This document shows, piece by piece, positions 28,370 through 40,720 of a DNA stretch of 64,000 nucleotides (positions are counted from its first letter, which is position 1; every line of letters begins with the position of its first letter). The notes beneath the pieces are model-generated. The model had not been told where the DNA came from. It did not search any database and was given only the letters and a program-made list of their open reading frames with translations. The DNA is from Heterodontus francisci (taxonomy: Eukaryota), in the NCBI RefSeq assembly GCF_036365525.1, contig NW_027141852.1, positions 20,832,001 through 20,896,000 on the forward strand. Reading direction: 5' to 3'. Both the position numbers and the translations under genes were made by a program.

Positions 28370-29594
28370 TTCTTTTCTTCTTCTTTGGCCTCCTTGTCTC
28401 GAGAGACAATGGGTAAGCGCCTGGAGCTTGTCAGTGGTTTGTGAAGCAGCACCTGGAGTGGCTATAAAGGCAAATTCTAGAGCGACAGACTCTTCCACAG
28501 GTGCTGCAGGTAAAATTGGTTGTCGGGGCTGTTACACAGTTGTCTCCCCCCTTGAGCCTCTGTCTTTTTTCCTGCCAACTGCTAAGTTTCTTTGACTCAC
28601 CACACTTTAGCTCCGCATTTCTGGCTGTCCGCCAGCTCTAAAGATCACTGGCAACTGACTCCCATGACTTGTGATCATTGTCACAGGACTTCATGTCGTG
28701 TTTGCAAACGACTTTAAAGTGGAGACATGGACGGTCGGTGGTTCTGATACCAGTGACGAGGTTGTTGTGCAATGTGTCCTTGGGGATCCTGCCATCTTTC
28801 ATGCGGCTCACATGGCCAAGCCATCTCAAGCGCCGCTGGCTCCGTAGGCTGTATAGGCTGGGGATGTTGACCGCCTCAAGGACTTCTGTGTTGGAGATAC
28901 GGTCCTGCCACCTGATGCCAAGGATTCTCCAGAGGCAGCAAAGATGGAATGTATTGAGACGTCGCTCTTGGCTGACATACGTTGTCCAGGCCTTGCTGCC
29001 GTAGAGCAAAGTACTGAGGACACAGGCTTGATATACTTGGAGTTTTGTGTTCCGTGTCAGTGTGCCATTTCCCCACACTTACTTGGCCAGTCTGGACATA
29101 GCAGTGTTCTCGCACCTACACTGTTTGGGATCTTCTTCTCCCTACTGCTCTCACATGCGTTCAAGTCTTCAGAAGAAGGAATTTTACTCCAAGATCAGAT
29201 GGCAGTTTGTTCAACCTTGCCCGTCTAAGAGCGAAGACCAAAGTACAGAAAGTCCACATCAGGGAACTCCTCTTTGCTGACGATGCTGCATTAACATCCC
29301 ACACTGAAGAGTGTCTGCAGAGACTCATTGACAGCATTGCGGCTGCCTCCAACGAATTTGGCCGAACCATCAGCCTCAAGAAAACGAACATCATGGGACA
29401 GGACATTATAAATACTCCATCCATCAATATGGGCGAACACGCTCTGGAAGTGGTTCAAGAGTTCACCTATCCAGGCTCAACTATCACCAGTAACCTGTCT
29501 CCCGATGCAGAAGTCAACAAGCACATGGGAAAGGCTTCCACTGCTATGTCCAGACTGGCCAAGAGAGTGTGGGAAAATGGCGCACTGACACGGA
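28370..29594 (-). mobile_element. Second RTE-clade LINE with inverted 5' segment (29101-29594 on +); TSD ACC(G/A)GAGAC
   Basis: Minus part: LLYGSKAWTTY, RLRWLGHV; plus part: LLFADDAAL; empty site visible in the right arm at ~32115-32125. Confidence 0.88.
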
Positions 29595-29929
29595 ACCAGA
29601 GACGGAGAGCTACCAAATTACATAACACACTCAAACACAGTAGCAGAGAGTAAAATAAACGGAATTAATTGCACACTCACATGCAATAGCAGAGACACAA
29701 CGACACAGAATCAGTCAAAAAGTGTCCTCCCAACAACAGCCAGGACATTTCCAGGGAGCTTTACACAGGGAGGGGCTGTTTTACTATCAACTGGGACTGG
29801 AGAGAGTCTTTGTGAAATATACTTACGGATTGCAGTAAGGGTGTTTGTGATTGGTTGCAAATATTTATTCTGATTGGATGGCGGAAGACACCAATTAGGC
29901 AATTTCAATATAAAACCGTTTAGACATCA

Positions 29930-30057
29930 CTCCCAATCACCCAATCACAATCTTTACTTTCCCCCATCCCTCATTAGCATAGAGCTGTGGGATTGTCTAT
30001 TTAATCCGCACTCGGAAGGGGTTTGGTTTATTTCTGTGCCTGCAATTGGATCTGAAG
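29930..30057 (+). promoter_or_regulatory. H2B promoter (CCAAT x2, octamer-like ATTAGCAT, TATA-like TATTTAA)
   Basis: ccaatcacccaatc...ctcattagcat...tctatttaa upstream of the ATG; same block at 31671-31800 (rc) and 46600-46718. Confidence 0.8.
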
Positions 30058-30429
30058 ATGGTTGAGGAGAAGAAGAAAGCAGCTGCTAAGAAGGGCGCCA
30101 AGAAAACTGTGAGAAAACCGTCAGCAAAGGGCGGCAAGAAGCGGAGAAAGTCGAGGAAGGAGAGTTACTCCATCTACATAGTGATGAAGCAGGTTCACCC
30201 CGACACTGGCATCTCCTCCAAGGCCATGAGCATCATGAACTCGTTTGTGAACGATATTTTCGAGCGCATCGCGGGTGAGGCTTCCCGCCTGGCCCATTAC
30301 AACAAGCGCAGCACCATCAGCTCCCGGGAGATCCAGACCGCCGTGCGCCTGCTGCTGCCCGGGGAGCTGGCCAAGCACGCCGTGTCGGAAGGGACAAAGG
30401 TGGTGACCAAGTACACCAGCTCCAAGTAA
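30058..30429 (+). pseudogene. H2B: Histone H2B with in-frame deletion of YK and A>V; probable pseudogene
   Basis: [16 protein letters not shown]...[23 protein letters not shown]...KYTSSK. Confidence 0.85.
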
Positions 30430-30466
30430 AACTGCACAATGGACTGAAAAACATCCCAAACACAAC

Positions 30467-30482
30467 GGCTCTTTTAAGAGCC
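30467..30482 (+). terminator. Histone 3' stem-loop
   Basis: GGCTCTTTTAAGAGCC followed by ACCCA and a purine-rich downstream element. Confidence 0.93.
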
Positions 30483-31239
30483 ACCCACAATCTCTGAAAA
30501 AGCTACATCATCTCTATGGTATCAATTTGTTTTTTTCATGAAGAGTCTGGAACTTTCCAATTGCCTTTGTGATATCTGTTTTAACCCCATGGATTCTGGG
30601 TGATTCACTTTCACTGTTGAGATCTTTGTGTCTCTACTTAATGCCGTGTAAATTAATTACTGATCACTGACCCCATGTTCGCTTTGATCTCGGACGCGCG
30701 TTCATTTTCGCGATTGTACTATTTCGTCAATCAGCTGACAGATCAGTTCTCAGTCACTTGTTTCCCTTGTTCAAGCTCGGCCTCAATAATTGATAAGTAC
30801 ATTTTCTAGAAACCCCGCTGTTGTAGGAAACCTCAATCTCACATTTCAACTCCTGACAATAAAACACTTTCTCTCCGCTTTTGTCTCCCACAAATAGGTT
30901 AAATCTAGAATCAGTGATGCGCTATCTTGACAAAGATTGACCTGAAATGTGTCTGCTTCCAGAATGCTGTGAATGAGACTTTCTGCCGCCGCTTACAGAC
31001 TGTTTCAAAAAGGACGGAGAATAGTCCGAGATCAAAGCGTACATGGGGTCAGTGATCAGTAATTAACTTACGCCGCATTATTAAGCAGAGACAGAAAGAT
31101 CTGACGAAATCACCCAGAATCCATGGGGTTAAAAGAGATCAGAAAGGCAATTAGAAAGTTCCAGACTCTTCGTATAAAAAAACAAAACAAATCAAAACCA
31201 GAGAGATGATGTTGTAGCTTTTTCAGAGAGATTGTGGGT

Positions 31240-31255
31240 GGCTCTTAAAAGAGCC
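31240..31255 (-). terminator. Histone 3' stem-loop
   Basis: rc GGCTCTTTTAAGAGCC ACCCA. Confidence 0.93.
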
Positions 31256-31292
31256 GTTGTGTTTGGGATGTTTTTCAGTCCATTGTGCAGTT

Positions 31293-31670
31293 TTACATGG
31301 AGCTGGTGTACTTGGTCACCGCCTTTGTCCCTTCCGACACGGCGTGCTTGGCCAGCTCCCCGGGCAGCAGCAGGCGCACGGCGGTCTGGATCTCCCGGGA
31401 GCTGATGGTGCTGCGCTTGTTGTAATGGGCCAGGCGGGAAGCCTCACCCGCGATGCGCCCGAAAGTATCGTTCACAAACGAGTTCATGATGCTCATGGCC
31501 TTGGAGGAGATGCCGGTGTCGGGGTGAACCTGCTTCATCACTTTGTCGATGTAGATGGAGTAACTCTCCTTCCTCGACTTTCTCCGCCTCTTACCGCCCT
31601 TTGCTGATGGTTTACTCACAGTTTTCTTGGCGCCCTTTTTCGCAGCTGCTTTCTTCTTCTCCTCAACCAT
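31293..31670 (-). CDS. H2B: Histone H2B, full-length ORF with non-conservative changes (Y>D, I>T, E>G, terminal K>M)
   Basis: Complete H2B ORF with promoter and stem-loop; substitutions suggest relaxed selection. Confidence 0.8.
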   Translation of the reverse strand: MVEEKKKAAAKKGAKKTVSKPSAKGGKRRRKSRKESYSIYIDKVMKQVHPDTGISSKAMSIMNSFVNDTFGRIAGEASRLAHYNKRSTISSREIQTAVRLLLPGELAKHAVSEGTKAVTKYTSSM

Positions 31671-32180
31671 CTTCAGTTTCAATTTCAGACACAGAAATAA
31701 ACCAAACCCCTTCCGAGTGCGGATTAAATAGACAATCCCACAGCTCTATGCTAATAAGGGATGGGGGAAAGTAAAGATTGTGATTGGCTGATTGGGAGTG
31801 ATGTCACAATGGGTTAATATTGTAATACTATAATTGGTGTCCTTCACCATCCAATCACATTCAAACTTTGCAGCCAATCACAAACATTCGTACAGCAATC
31901 AGGAAGTATGTTTCACAAAGACTCTCTCCAGCTCCAGTTTACATTGAAAGAGCCGCTCGCTGTGTCAAGCTCTCTGGAAATGTTCTGCATGTTGTTGAAA
32001 GGACGGTTATTGATGATTTTGTGTCGTTGCTATTGCATGTGAGTGTGCAATTAATTCCATTTCTTTTATTCTCTGCTCCTGTGTTTGATTGCGTTCTGTC
32101 ATTCAGCAGCTCTCAGTCTCTGGTGCTGTATGGATTTATTCCGTATTTATTTATTTCGAGATATATTATAAATTGTCCCT

Positions 32181-32620
32181 AGTACAGGTAGGTGGTAGGG
32201 AAACACAGGGACAGGTGGGGATGCGGTAGGAATATGGGATTAGTGTAGGATTAGTATAAAATGTGTGGCTGATGGTCGGCACAGACTCGGTGGGCCGAAG
32301 GGCCTGTTTCAGTGCTGTATCTCTAAACTAAACTAAAACAAATAGCACTGAAACAGGCCCTTCGGCCCACCGAGTCTGTGCCGACCAACAATCACCCATT
32401 TATACCAACCCTGCAGTAATCCCAACCTGCACTAGGGGCAATTTACAATGACCAATTTACCTATCAACCTGCAAGTCTTTGGCGCTGGGAGGAAGCCGGA
32501 GCACCCAGCGAACACCCACGCGGTCACAGGGCGAACTTGCAAACTCCGCACAGGCAGTACCCAGAATCGAACCCGGGTCCCTGGAGCTATGAGGTTGCAG
32601 TGCTAACCACCGCGCCACTG
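32181..32620. mobile_element. Two tRNA-CR1 SINEs tail-to-tail (32181-32338 +, 32343-32620 -)
   Basis: SINE 3' tails facing each other; B-box rc GGTTCGATTC in the minus copy. Confidence 0.8.
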
Positions 32621-32711
32621 TATCTTTCAGATTCTGGTACTGGTACTGTGTTTGAGTATGACATCCATTTTGTATCTGTCAGTCTCTGTTGCTGTGTTTG
32701 AGTGTGAGGAG

Positions 32712-34020
32712 TTGAGGCGGAGTGTTGCGGCGAGGAAGATGGAAAAGAGCGTTGCTGCGATGACACAGACTTAGTTGACCCCAGTTTGCATTGGGATTGG
32801 GTCAGTGGTAGGTCCGTTGGGAAGGATTTCAGCTTGCATGTCATCATGCAGTCCTTGGAGGTTGGTGACGAATTTTTCCGGCAGCCAAATTTGAGGAAGA
32901 CGTTCCATAATCCCTCCTGGTTGGTAGAGTCGAAGGCCTTTGTCAGATCAGAGAAGACCAGGTAGAAAGGTTGCTGCTGCTCCCTACATTTTCTTGGCAT
33001 TGTCTTGCTGTGAAGATCATGTCCACTGTGTCTCTTGATGGACAGAATCCACATTGTGATTCCAGTGGGCGATCTTCAGCCACGAGGAGGAGACAGTTGA
33101 GAAGGACTCTTGTGATGACCTTCCCTGTAGTGAACAGCTGGGATACCCCTCTGTCATTACCACAGTCGGTCTTGTCACCATTTTTGATGATGATCACAAT
33201 GACAGCATCTCAGAGATCCCTGGCATGCTCTTGTCCTTCCAGCTGAGGGAAATGAGACCATGTATTTGTGTTAAGTGTTCTTCTCTGTCGTATTTTAGAT
33301 TTTCAGAGGGAATTCCATCTATGCCGGTGGCCTTCATTTTTTTTTTACCTGTTAGATTGCCTTTTCAATTTCTGTTGGGCTGGGATTGTGCTGACGCCAT
33401 GGTGGGTAACATGCTGTGGAATGTGGCACTTGCATCAAGGACTGAGATGCGATTGAGAAGATCTTCAAAGTGCTACTTCCAACGAGTGCTGACTGCCTCT
33501 CTGACCTTGATCAGTGTCACTCCATTCTTTACTCTCAGCAGGGTAGGTCCTTGGTAATTTGGGCCATAAATGGTCTTGATGGTGCTGAAGAATCCACACA
33601 TGTCGTGGCTGTCAGCAAGTTGCTGTATTTCCTGCACTCTTTCAGCCCATCAGCTGTTCTTTAGTTTGTGTAAGCAGATCTACTCTGCAGGACGAGTGGG
33701 AAACTATTGAAACTACATTGCCTGCAGTCCTGAAGCAAGGCCACTCCAACATCTGTCATCGGGCTGCAGTATGCTGACAATGCTTGCATATGCGCACACT
33801 CAGAGGCCAAGCTTCAAACCCTCATCGATGCATTCATGGAGGCGCATGAAAGAATTGGCTTGAAGCAAAACATCCGGAAAGCTAAGGTCCTCTGCCAGCC
33901 TGCTCCCCGACACTGCCCCCGACTATTAAGATCCACGGCGAATCACTGGACAATGTGGATCACTGCTCATACCTTGGGAACCTCCTGTCACCAAGGGCAG
34001 ATATCGACAATGACACTCAG
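32712..34020 (+). mobile_element. Mirror copy of the inverted RTE (right arm), 3' part missing
   Basis: Reverse complement of ~26830-28140 including the inversion junction. Confidence 0.85.
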
Positions 34021-34029
34021 GATCGCTTC

Positions 34030-35105
34030 CAGAAGGCCATGTGGCCCATAAATCCTGCTCTGCCATTCAATAAGATCATGCCTGTTCTGATTTAGGCCTT
34101 AATTCCACTTTCCTGCCTGTGCCCATTGACCAATGACTCCCTTGTACATCAAAAAACCTGTCTATCACAGCCTTGAACATATTCAATGACCCAGCCTCCA
34201 CAGTCCTCTGGAGAACAGAATTCCAAAGATGAGCAACCCTCTGACAGAAGAAATTCCTCCTCATCTCTTTCTTGAATGGGAGACCACTTATCTTGAAACT
34301 GTGGCCCATAATTCTACATTCCCCCACAAGGAGAAACATCTTCCCAGCATCTACCTGTCCAGCCCACTGAGAATCTTATAGGTTTCAATAAGATCACCTC
34401 TCAATCTTCTAAACTCCAGTGAGTAGAGGCCCAATCTGCTCAACTTATTCTCACAAGTCAACCCTTCATCCCAGGAATCAGCCTAGTGAACATTCTTTGA
34501 ACTGATTCCAATACAAGTATATCCCTCCTTAAGTCAGGAGACCAAAACTGTATGGAGTACTTTAGTTGGGATGCCACTAATGCCCTGTACAGTTACAGCA
34601 AAACTTCCCTACTTTTATACTCCATTCCCCTTGCGAAAAATTCCAACATTCCATTTGCATTCCTAATTACTTGCTGTACCTTCATGCTAACTTTTCTGTA
34701 ATTTATGTACCTGGCACCCAGATCCCTCAGTACAGCAGCATTCTGCAGTCTCTCTATGTAAGTAATATTCTGTTTTTCTATTCTTCCTGCCAAAGTAGAC
34801 AATCTCACATTTTCCTATATTATACTCCATCTGCCAAACTTTTGCCCACTGACTTAACCTATCTATATCTCTTTTCAGACACTTTATGTTCTCCTCACGA
34901 CTTTCTTTCCTACCTATCTTTGTACCACCCATAAATTTGGCAACCGTACACGCAGTGCCTTCATGCAATTATTAATATAGACCATAAATAGTTGAGGCAC
35001 CAGCACTGATCCCTGTGACATTCCATTAGTTACAGTTTTCCAATCTGAAAATGCCCCATTTGTCCCCACTCTCTGTTTCCTGTGAGTTAGCCAATCTTAT
35101 ATCCA
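34030..35105 (-). mobile_element. CR1 3' fragment, right arm
   Basis: Reverse complement of 24005-25050. Confidence 0.85.
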
Positions 35106-37520
35106 TGTGTGTGTAGTTTTCAGTTTGTATCTATCAGTGTCTGGTACTCTATGTGAGTTTTGGACTCTTTCTTACTCTCTCACTGCTATTTTTTGTGTGT
35201 TAGGTTGCTTTAGATGACTCAGGCTGAAGTACTGTGAGTGAGTGCAGTAATCAACCTATATCTTTCAGCATCTGGCACTGAACATGTGTTTCAGCATCAC
35301 TATCTATCTGTCAGTATCTGGTACTCTGTGTGAGTGTGGGATTCATTATATAATCCTCCGTTCCTGGGACTGATGGCAAGTCTGGATTTATTCTCCATAA
35401 AATGTCAGCACAGCAACAGGCCACTGATGTGGTAGGTTTTAAGCAGACAATATATTTGAGGTTTTGCTTAGTATTAAATATCTGTCACTGTGAACACAAT
35501 AGTGAAAGATAATGTATCCTACAATCTGATACAGGATTGGTGTGCAAGTGTAACTCAGGCTGTACTAATCAATTTGATCAGTGCCATTCAGTCTGAGTGA
35601 GTATCTTGGACTTGCATGGAAAATGAGCTCAGTCTGGAATTGTACAGTATCTTCCATCTGCCACTGTACGAGGTTTCAGGACTGGTATGTAATTTATAGC
35701 TCAGACTATACTGATCAAATTTATAATGTATCTTTTAGTTTCACAATCCGGATGAGTTTTAAACTGGAATCTGAGTTTGGATCTCAGGTTATACTATATT
35801 TCAGAATCTCTCAATCTGATTATGGACTTGAGTCTAATGTATATGTCTGGAAACATGATGGGAATTAATACTGATAATAAACTCATAACCTGTGTAAATA
35901 TTGGGCTGGTATTTAACTTGAATCTCAGAGTACATTATTGAGGTTAATTCTGTAACTTTGAAACAGGAACCACGTGTCAGTTCTCTGTGTGTTTAATTTG
36001 TAGCTGAGGTTGCACTATTGTGGGATTGACACACTGATAATTTGATTGTGGGTCAGATGTTGGACTGGGATTTATGTATCTACCTGTCAGTGGTAATGAG
36101 TTGGGGTGACATAGAAACAACGTCTGTCTTTCCTGCTCTATTTGATTGATGGATTGAAAATGTGTCTCTGGAACTATTTCTGCTGTCTGAGACTGTGGAA
36201 CTGATGACCTGTCTGTGTCTCTGCGCTCTGTGAGTGATAATGTACGTATTGTGTGTGAGAAGGATCTGGTGGCACTCTTCCTTGTAACTTGGGTGGAGGA
36301 AATAGCCCATTTATTCTGGTTCATTCAATCATTTGCCTGTTTGAACAAAAGTATGTTTGTAACTAAAATACAGGTGAGATCAAAGATATAGAGTTTTAAT
36401 GAATTTAATCTCTCAAATAATAATCATTATGGATACCCGCAAAAGAACCACCGCAACACAAATATTGTCAGTGTTTCACTCCACTATAATAAGTTTCTTC
36501 CCATTCTGTCTCCATCCCCTTGTCCACACACAACTGGAGAATGGCCTCTCCACTCACTCCATGTTCTGAGACCAGTTTCAGATCCACTCCGCCTCCTACA
36601 AACAGCCCCCGCCTGCCCCTGAACTTGCCCCGGACTCGATGCTGATCTCTGAGTCTATCTGCGGACATGCTCCCAAAGCGATGTCCTGCTGGAAGGAGGC
36701 TGCTGTTTGCTCCCTTCCCCCGGGACCGGGATCTCTCCATTCGGGGCTGTTTTAAACCATCTTCTTCCGCTCACAGGCAGTGCTGGGGGAGGGGAGCGCA
36801 GGCCCAGATTTCTGCATCACTTCAGCCAGAAACGTGGAAAACTTCAGGCACAGAATGAGTCCATTCGGCCCATCATGTCCGCGCCAGCGGAATGAGAGGG
36901 ATATAGCCTGTTCCCACAGTTTGTTGTTATTGGACAGTGAAGTGTGGAAACAGAAGCGGACAGTCAGGATGTGGGGAGTTACACAAAGAGAATCTATTAT
37001 AGGCACCAGGTGAGAAGTGCGAAGGACACATTTTAAACAGCGGCTGTTTGGTTTCATTTGAACGGTTAGACCATGGGAGCGGGAACAGGAAATCTGACCT
37101 GTGTAAAAGTCCCTGTTCCGTCGGTCAGTCCCGTTCATGGCCCAGTGGATTGTTTCTGGATGTTATTTAATTGTTGTAAAATGGCCAAAGCCCCTGGTAT
37201 GCAGTAGCTGGGGGCTGCAGGACTGCAGTGGAATCAGACACTGACTCTGTTTGTATTGCTGGCTTTCCTTTGTGATTGTTCACAATGATTATTCATTGAA
37301 AAATTGTTTTGGTCTCTCTTGTAACGTCCACCACATCTCTTCCTGAATTATAATTAATACTTTTTCTTTCTACAGGCAATACTTGAGGAAGCTGAATAAA
37401 TGCAGTGATTCCTCGACACAAGGGGAAGTGCAGCCAGCTCCTCACACACAGTAAGTACAGTATCACTCACAGAGAGCAGAGACATCAATTCCACAATCAC
37501 CGACAGCAGAAGTAGTCAGA

Positions 37521-38945
37521 ACACAAAAACACACAAAATAGGAGCAGGAGTAGATCATGTGGCCCGTGGAGCCTGCTCCGCCATTCAGTACCATCGTGGA
37601 TGATCTTAGGCTTCAATTCCACTTTCCCGCCTGCTCGCCTTATCCCCTGATTCTCTGAGAGATCAAAAATCTGTCTATCGCAGCTTTACATGTATTCAAT
37701 GATGGAGCATCCACAATCCTCTGGAGTAGAAAATTCCAAAGATTCACAACCCTTTGAGTGAAGTAATTTCTCCTCATCTCAGTCCTAAATGATCAGCCCC
37801 TTATCGTGGGACTGTGTCCCCATGTTTTAGATTGTCTGACCAGCAGAAACAATCTCTCAGTGTCTCCCCCATCCAGCCCCTTTGGAATTTTGTATGTTTC
37901 AATGAGATCACCTCTCATTCTTCTAAACTCCAGAGTATAGGCCCAATTTACTCAGCCTCTCATCATAGGACAATTCCCTCATCCCAGGGACTAATTTAGT
38001 GAACATTTGCTGCACCGCCTCCAATGCACATATATCCTTTCTTAAGTGTGCAGACCAAAACTTCACACTGTATTCCAGATGTGGTCTCACCGAAATCCTG
38101 TACAATTGTAGCAAACTTCTTTATTCCTGTATTCTAATCCCCTCGCAATAAAGGCCAACACGCCATTTGCCTTCCTAATTGCTTGTTGTACCTGCATGCT
38201 AACTTTCTGTATTCCTTGTACAAGAAAACTCAAGTCTCTTTGAACACCAACAGTTCCAAGTTTCACACCTTTTATCAAATATTCTACTTTTCTATTCTTA
38301 TGACCAAAGTGAAGAACTTCACACTTCCCTACATTATACTCCATCTACCATCTTCTTGCCCACTCACTGAACTTGTCTATATCTCTTTGCAGCCTCTCTA
38401 TGTCCTCCCACAGCTTCCCTTTCCACCTACCTTTGCATCATCAGCAAACTTAGATACATTACTCTCTGTCTCTTCATCTAAGTCATTAATTTAGATTGTA
38501 AATAGCTGAGACCCCAGCACTTATCCTGGCAACACTCCATTATTCACTGCCTGCCAATCTGTTTATACCCACTCTTTGCTTCCTGTCCATTAACCAATCC
38601 TCTATCCATGCTAATATATTACCCACAATTCCATGAGTCCATTATCTTCTCTATTAACCTTTTATGTAGCACCTTATTGAATGCCTTTTGGAAATCCAGG
38701 AATATGACTAGTTTCCCTTTACCCTGCTAGTTACATCCTCAAAAAACTCTCATAAATTTGTCAAACAAGATTTCCCTTCAGGAAAATCATGTTGACTTGT
38801 TTGAATGCTTTTCTCAATGCATTGTTCAGACTTCCTGCATTTTCCCAAGGACTGATATTAGGCTAACTGGCCTGTAGTTCACAGTTTTCTCTCTCCCTTC
38901 TTTCCTGAAAGGCAGTGTAACATTTGCCAACTTCCAATCTGATGG
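37521..38945 (-). mobile_element. CR1 LINE fragment
   Basis: VRPHLEYSVKFWS, MEYNVGKCEVLHFG and DWKLANVT motifs; CR1 3' tail. Confidence 0.85.
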
Positions 38946-39949
38946 AAATTTTCTGACCCCCTCCCACACCCACTGCAATATTACAGGGAACGGGGGTGGG
39001 GAGAAACAGCCTGTCTGCCCCAGGCCAATCAAGGCCCTTAATTGGCCAATGAACAGCCACTTATGGGCCTCCTCTCTCTGCTGCAGGTATTTTATCCTCG
39101 GTTGGGTTGGGGGCGGGGAGGCAGTGTGGCAAAGGCACCAAGAACCCTGCCTGATAAAACCAGGCATCTTTCTTGCGGGCTGCGGGGGGGTCCTCCTGAT
39201 TAGGCACCCTGTTCCCCATGGAGGGCCACCCTCAAAGCTCCAACCGCCCCCATTGGGCACCCCCGGACCCTGTACCTGACCCCCCATTGCCTCAGACTTA
39301 AAGGTAACATTATATATTCTATCAGAACAGACTGAATGACAAATAACATAGCACTCCACAAAAATATAGTGTTAGAGTGAAAGATATTGTCTCAGTTATT
39401 TATTGCAGCCTGAGCTACACATTATATGCCAATCTAAAATCACATACAGTTTCAGACTGAGATACAGTATTTATTCCATAAATGCAAAATGAGCTATATG
39501 TTCCACTGGAGTTCATACTATTGAACAAGCCTGGGCTCTTTTCTCTAAGTGGTCACCTAATAGAAGCATTGCATAATATGAAGGGTTTCGTTAGGGTAGA
39601 GGTAGAGATGTTTCCCACTTGTGGTGGAGTCCAAAGCTGTCGATATGAAATAGTCAGTAATAAATTAAATGAATAACTCAGGGGAATCTTCTTTACCCTG
39701 CTTTGACAGCACTTGAGCTGCTGAACATTGTTACATTTAACATCAAGCTAAATGATTAAATGAGGCAGAAACAATTTGAGAGATTTGCTGATGGGATTAG
39801 ATGAAGTAGGGTTGGAGTAACCTCATTGGAACTACCAGCACTTGGGCAGAAAAGCCTGTCTCTGTGCTGTAAATACTATGTAATTGTGTGTAGAGTGAAT
39901 CCAGAATGACAAACTAACCCAGAGATTAATGGCTACTGAATGCATCCCA

Positions 39950-40720
39950 CACACAGGCAGTACCAGAGACTGACAGATACTGAACAAAACCCACACTCAC
40001 AGGCAGTACCAGAGACTGACAGATGCTGAACAAAACTCACACTCACAGGAAGTACCAGAGACTGACAGATACTGAACAAAACCCACACTCACAGGCAGTA
40101 CCAGAGACTGACAGATACTGAACATAACCTACACTCACAGGCAGTACCAGAGACTGACAGATACTGAACAAAACCCACACTCACAGGCAGTACCAGAGAC
40201 TGACAGATACTGAACAAAACCCACACTCACAGGAAGTACCAGAGACTGACAGATACTGAACAAAACCCACACTCACAGGCAGTACCAGAGACTGACAGAT
40301 ACTGAACATAACCTGCACTCACAGGCAGTGCCAGAGACTGACAGACATTGAACATAACCTACACTCACAGGCAGTACCAGAGACTGACAGATACTGAACA
40401 TAACCTACACTCACAGGAAGTACCAGAGACTGACAGATACTGAACAAAACCCACACTCACAGGAAGTACCAGAGACTGACAGATACTGAACAAAACCCAC
40501 ACTCACAGGCAGTACCAGAGACTGACAGATACTGAACATAACCTACACTCACAGGCAGTGCCAGAGACTGACAGACATTGAACATAACCTACACTCACAG
40601 GCAGTACCAGAAACTGAAAATATTGAACAAAAAGTACACATGCGGACAGTACCTGAGACTGACAGATACTGAACAAAATACACACTCACAGGCAGTACCA
40701 GAGACTGACAGATGTTATAC
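39950..40720 (+). repeat. Homogeneous 46-bp minisatellite, ~17 units, degenerate to ~41240
   Basis: cactcacaggcagtaccagagactgacagatactgaacaaaaccca; unit starts at 39994, 40040, 40086. Confidence 0.95.

Larger units (their letters stand above)
21575..37520. repeat. Large inverted duplication: arms ~21575-30695 and ~31024-37520, spacer ~330 bp
   Basis: Mirror-order reverse-complement matches of exon modules, CR1, RTE, H2B and flanks; innermost match tttgatctcggac (30695) / gtccgagatcaaa (31024). Confidence 0.9.

Noticed and set aside
29700-29930. Divergent H2A partner upstream of H2B (ATTGG boxes, rc GGAAATGTCCTGG)
   Set aside because: No H2A coding sequence follows; the resemblance is too short to support
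38945-39300. GC-rich segment resembling a non-autonomous DNA transposon or MITE
   Set aside because: Could not define terminal inverted repeats or a TSD by eye
39950-40720. Regular array resembling a CRISPR
   Set aside because: Units are contiguous with no unique spacers, there are no cas genes and the context is eukaryotic; it is a minisatellite
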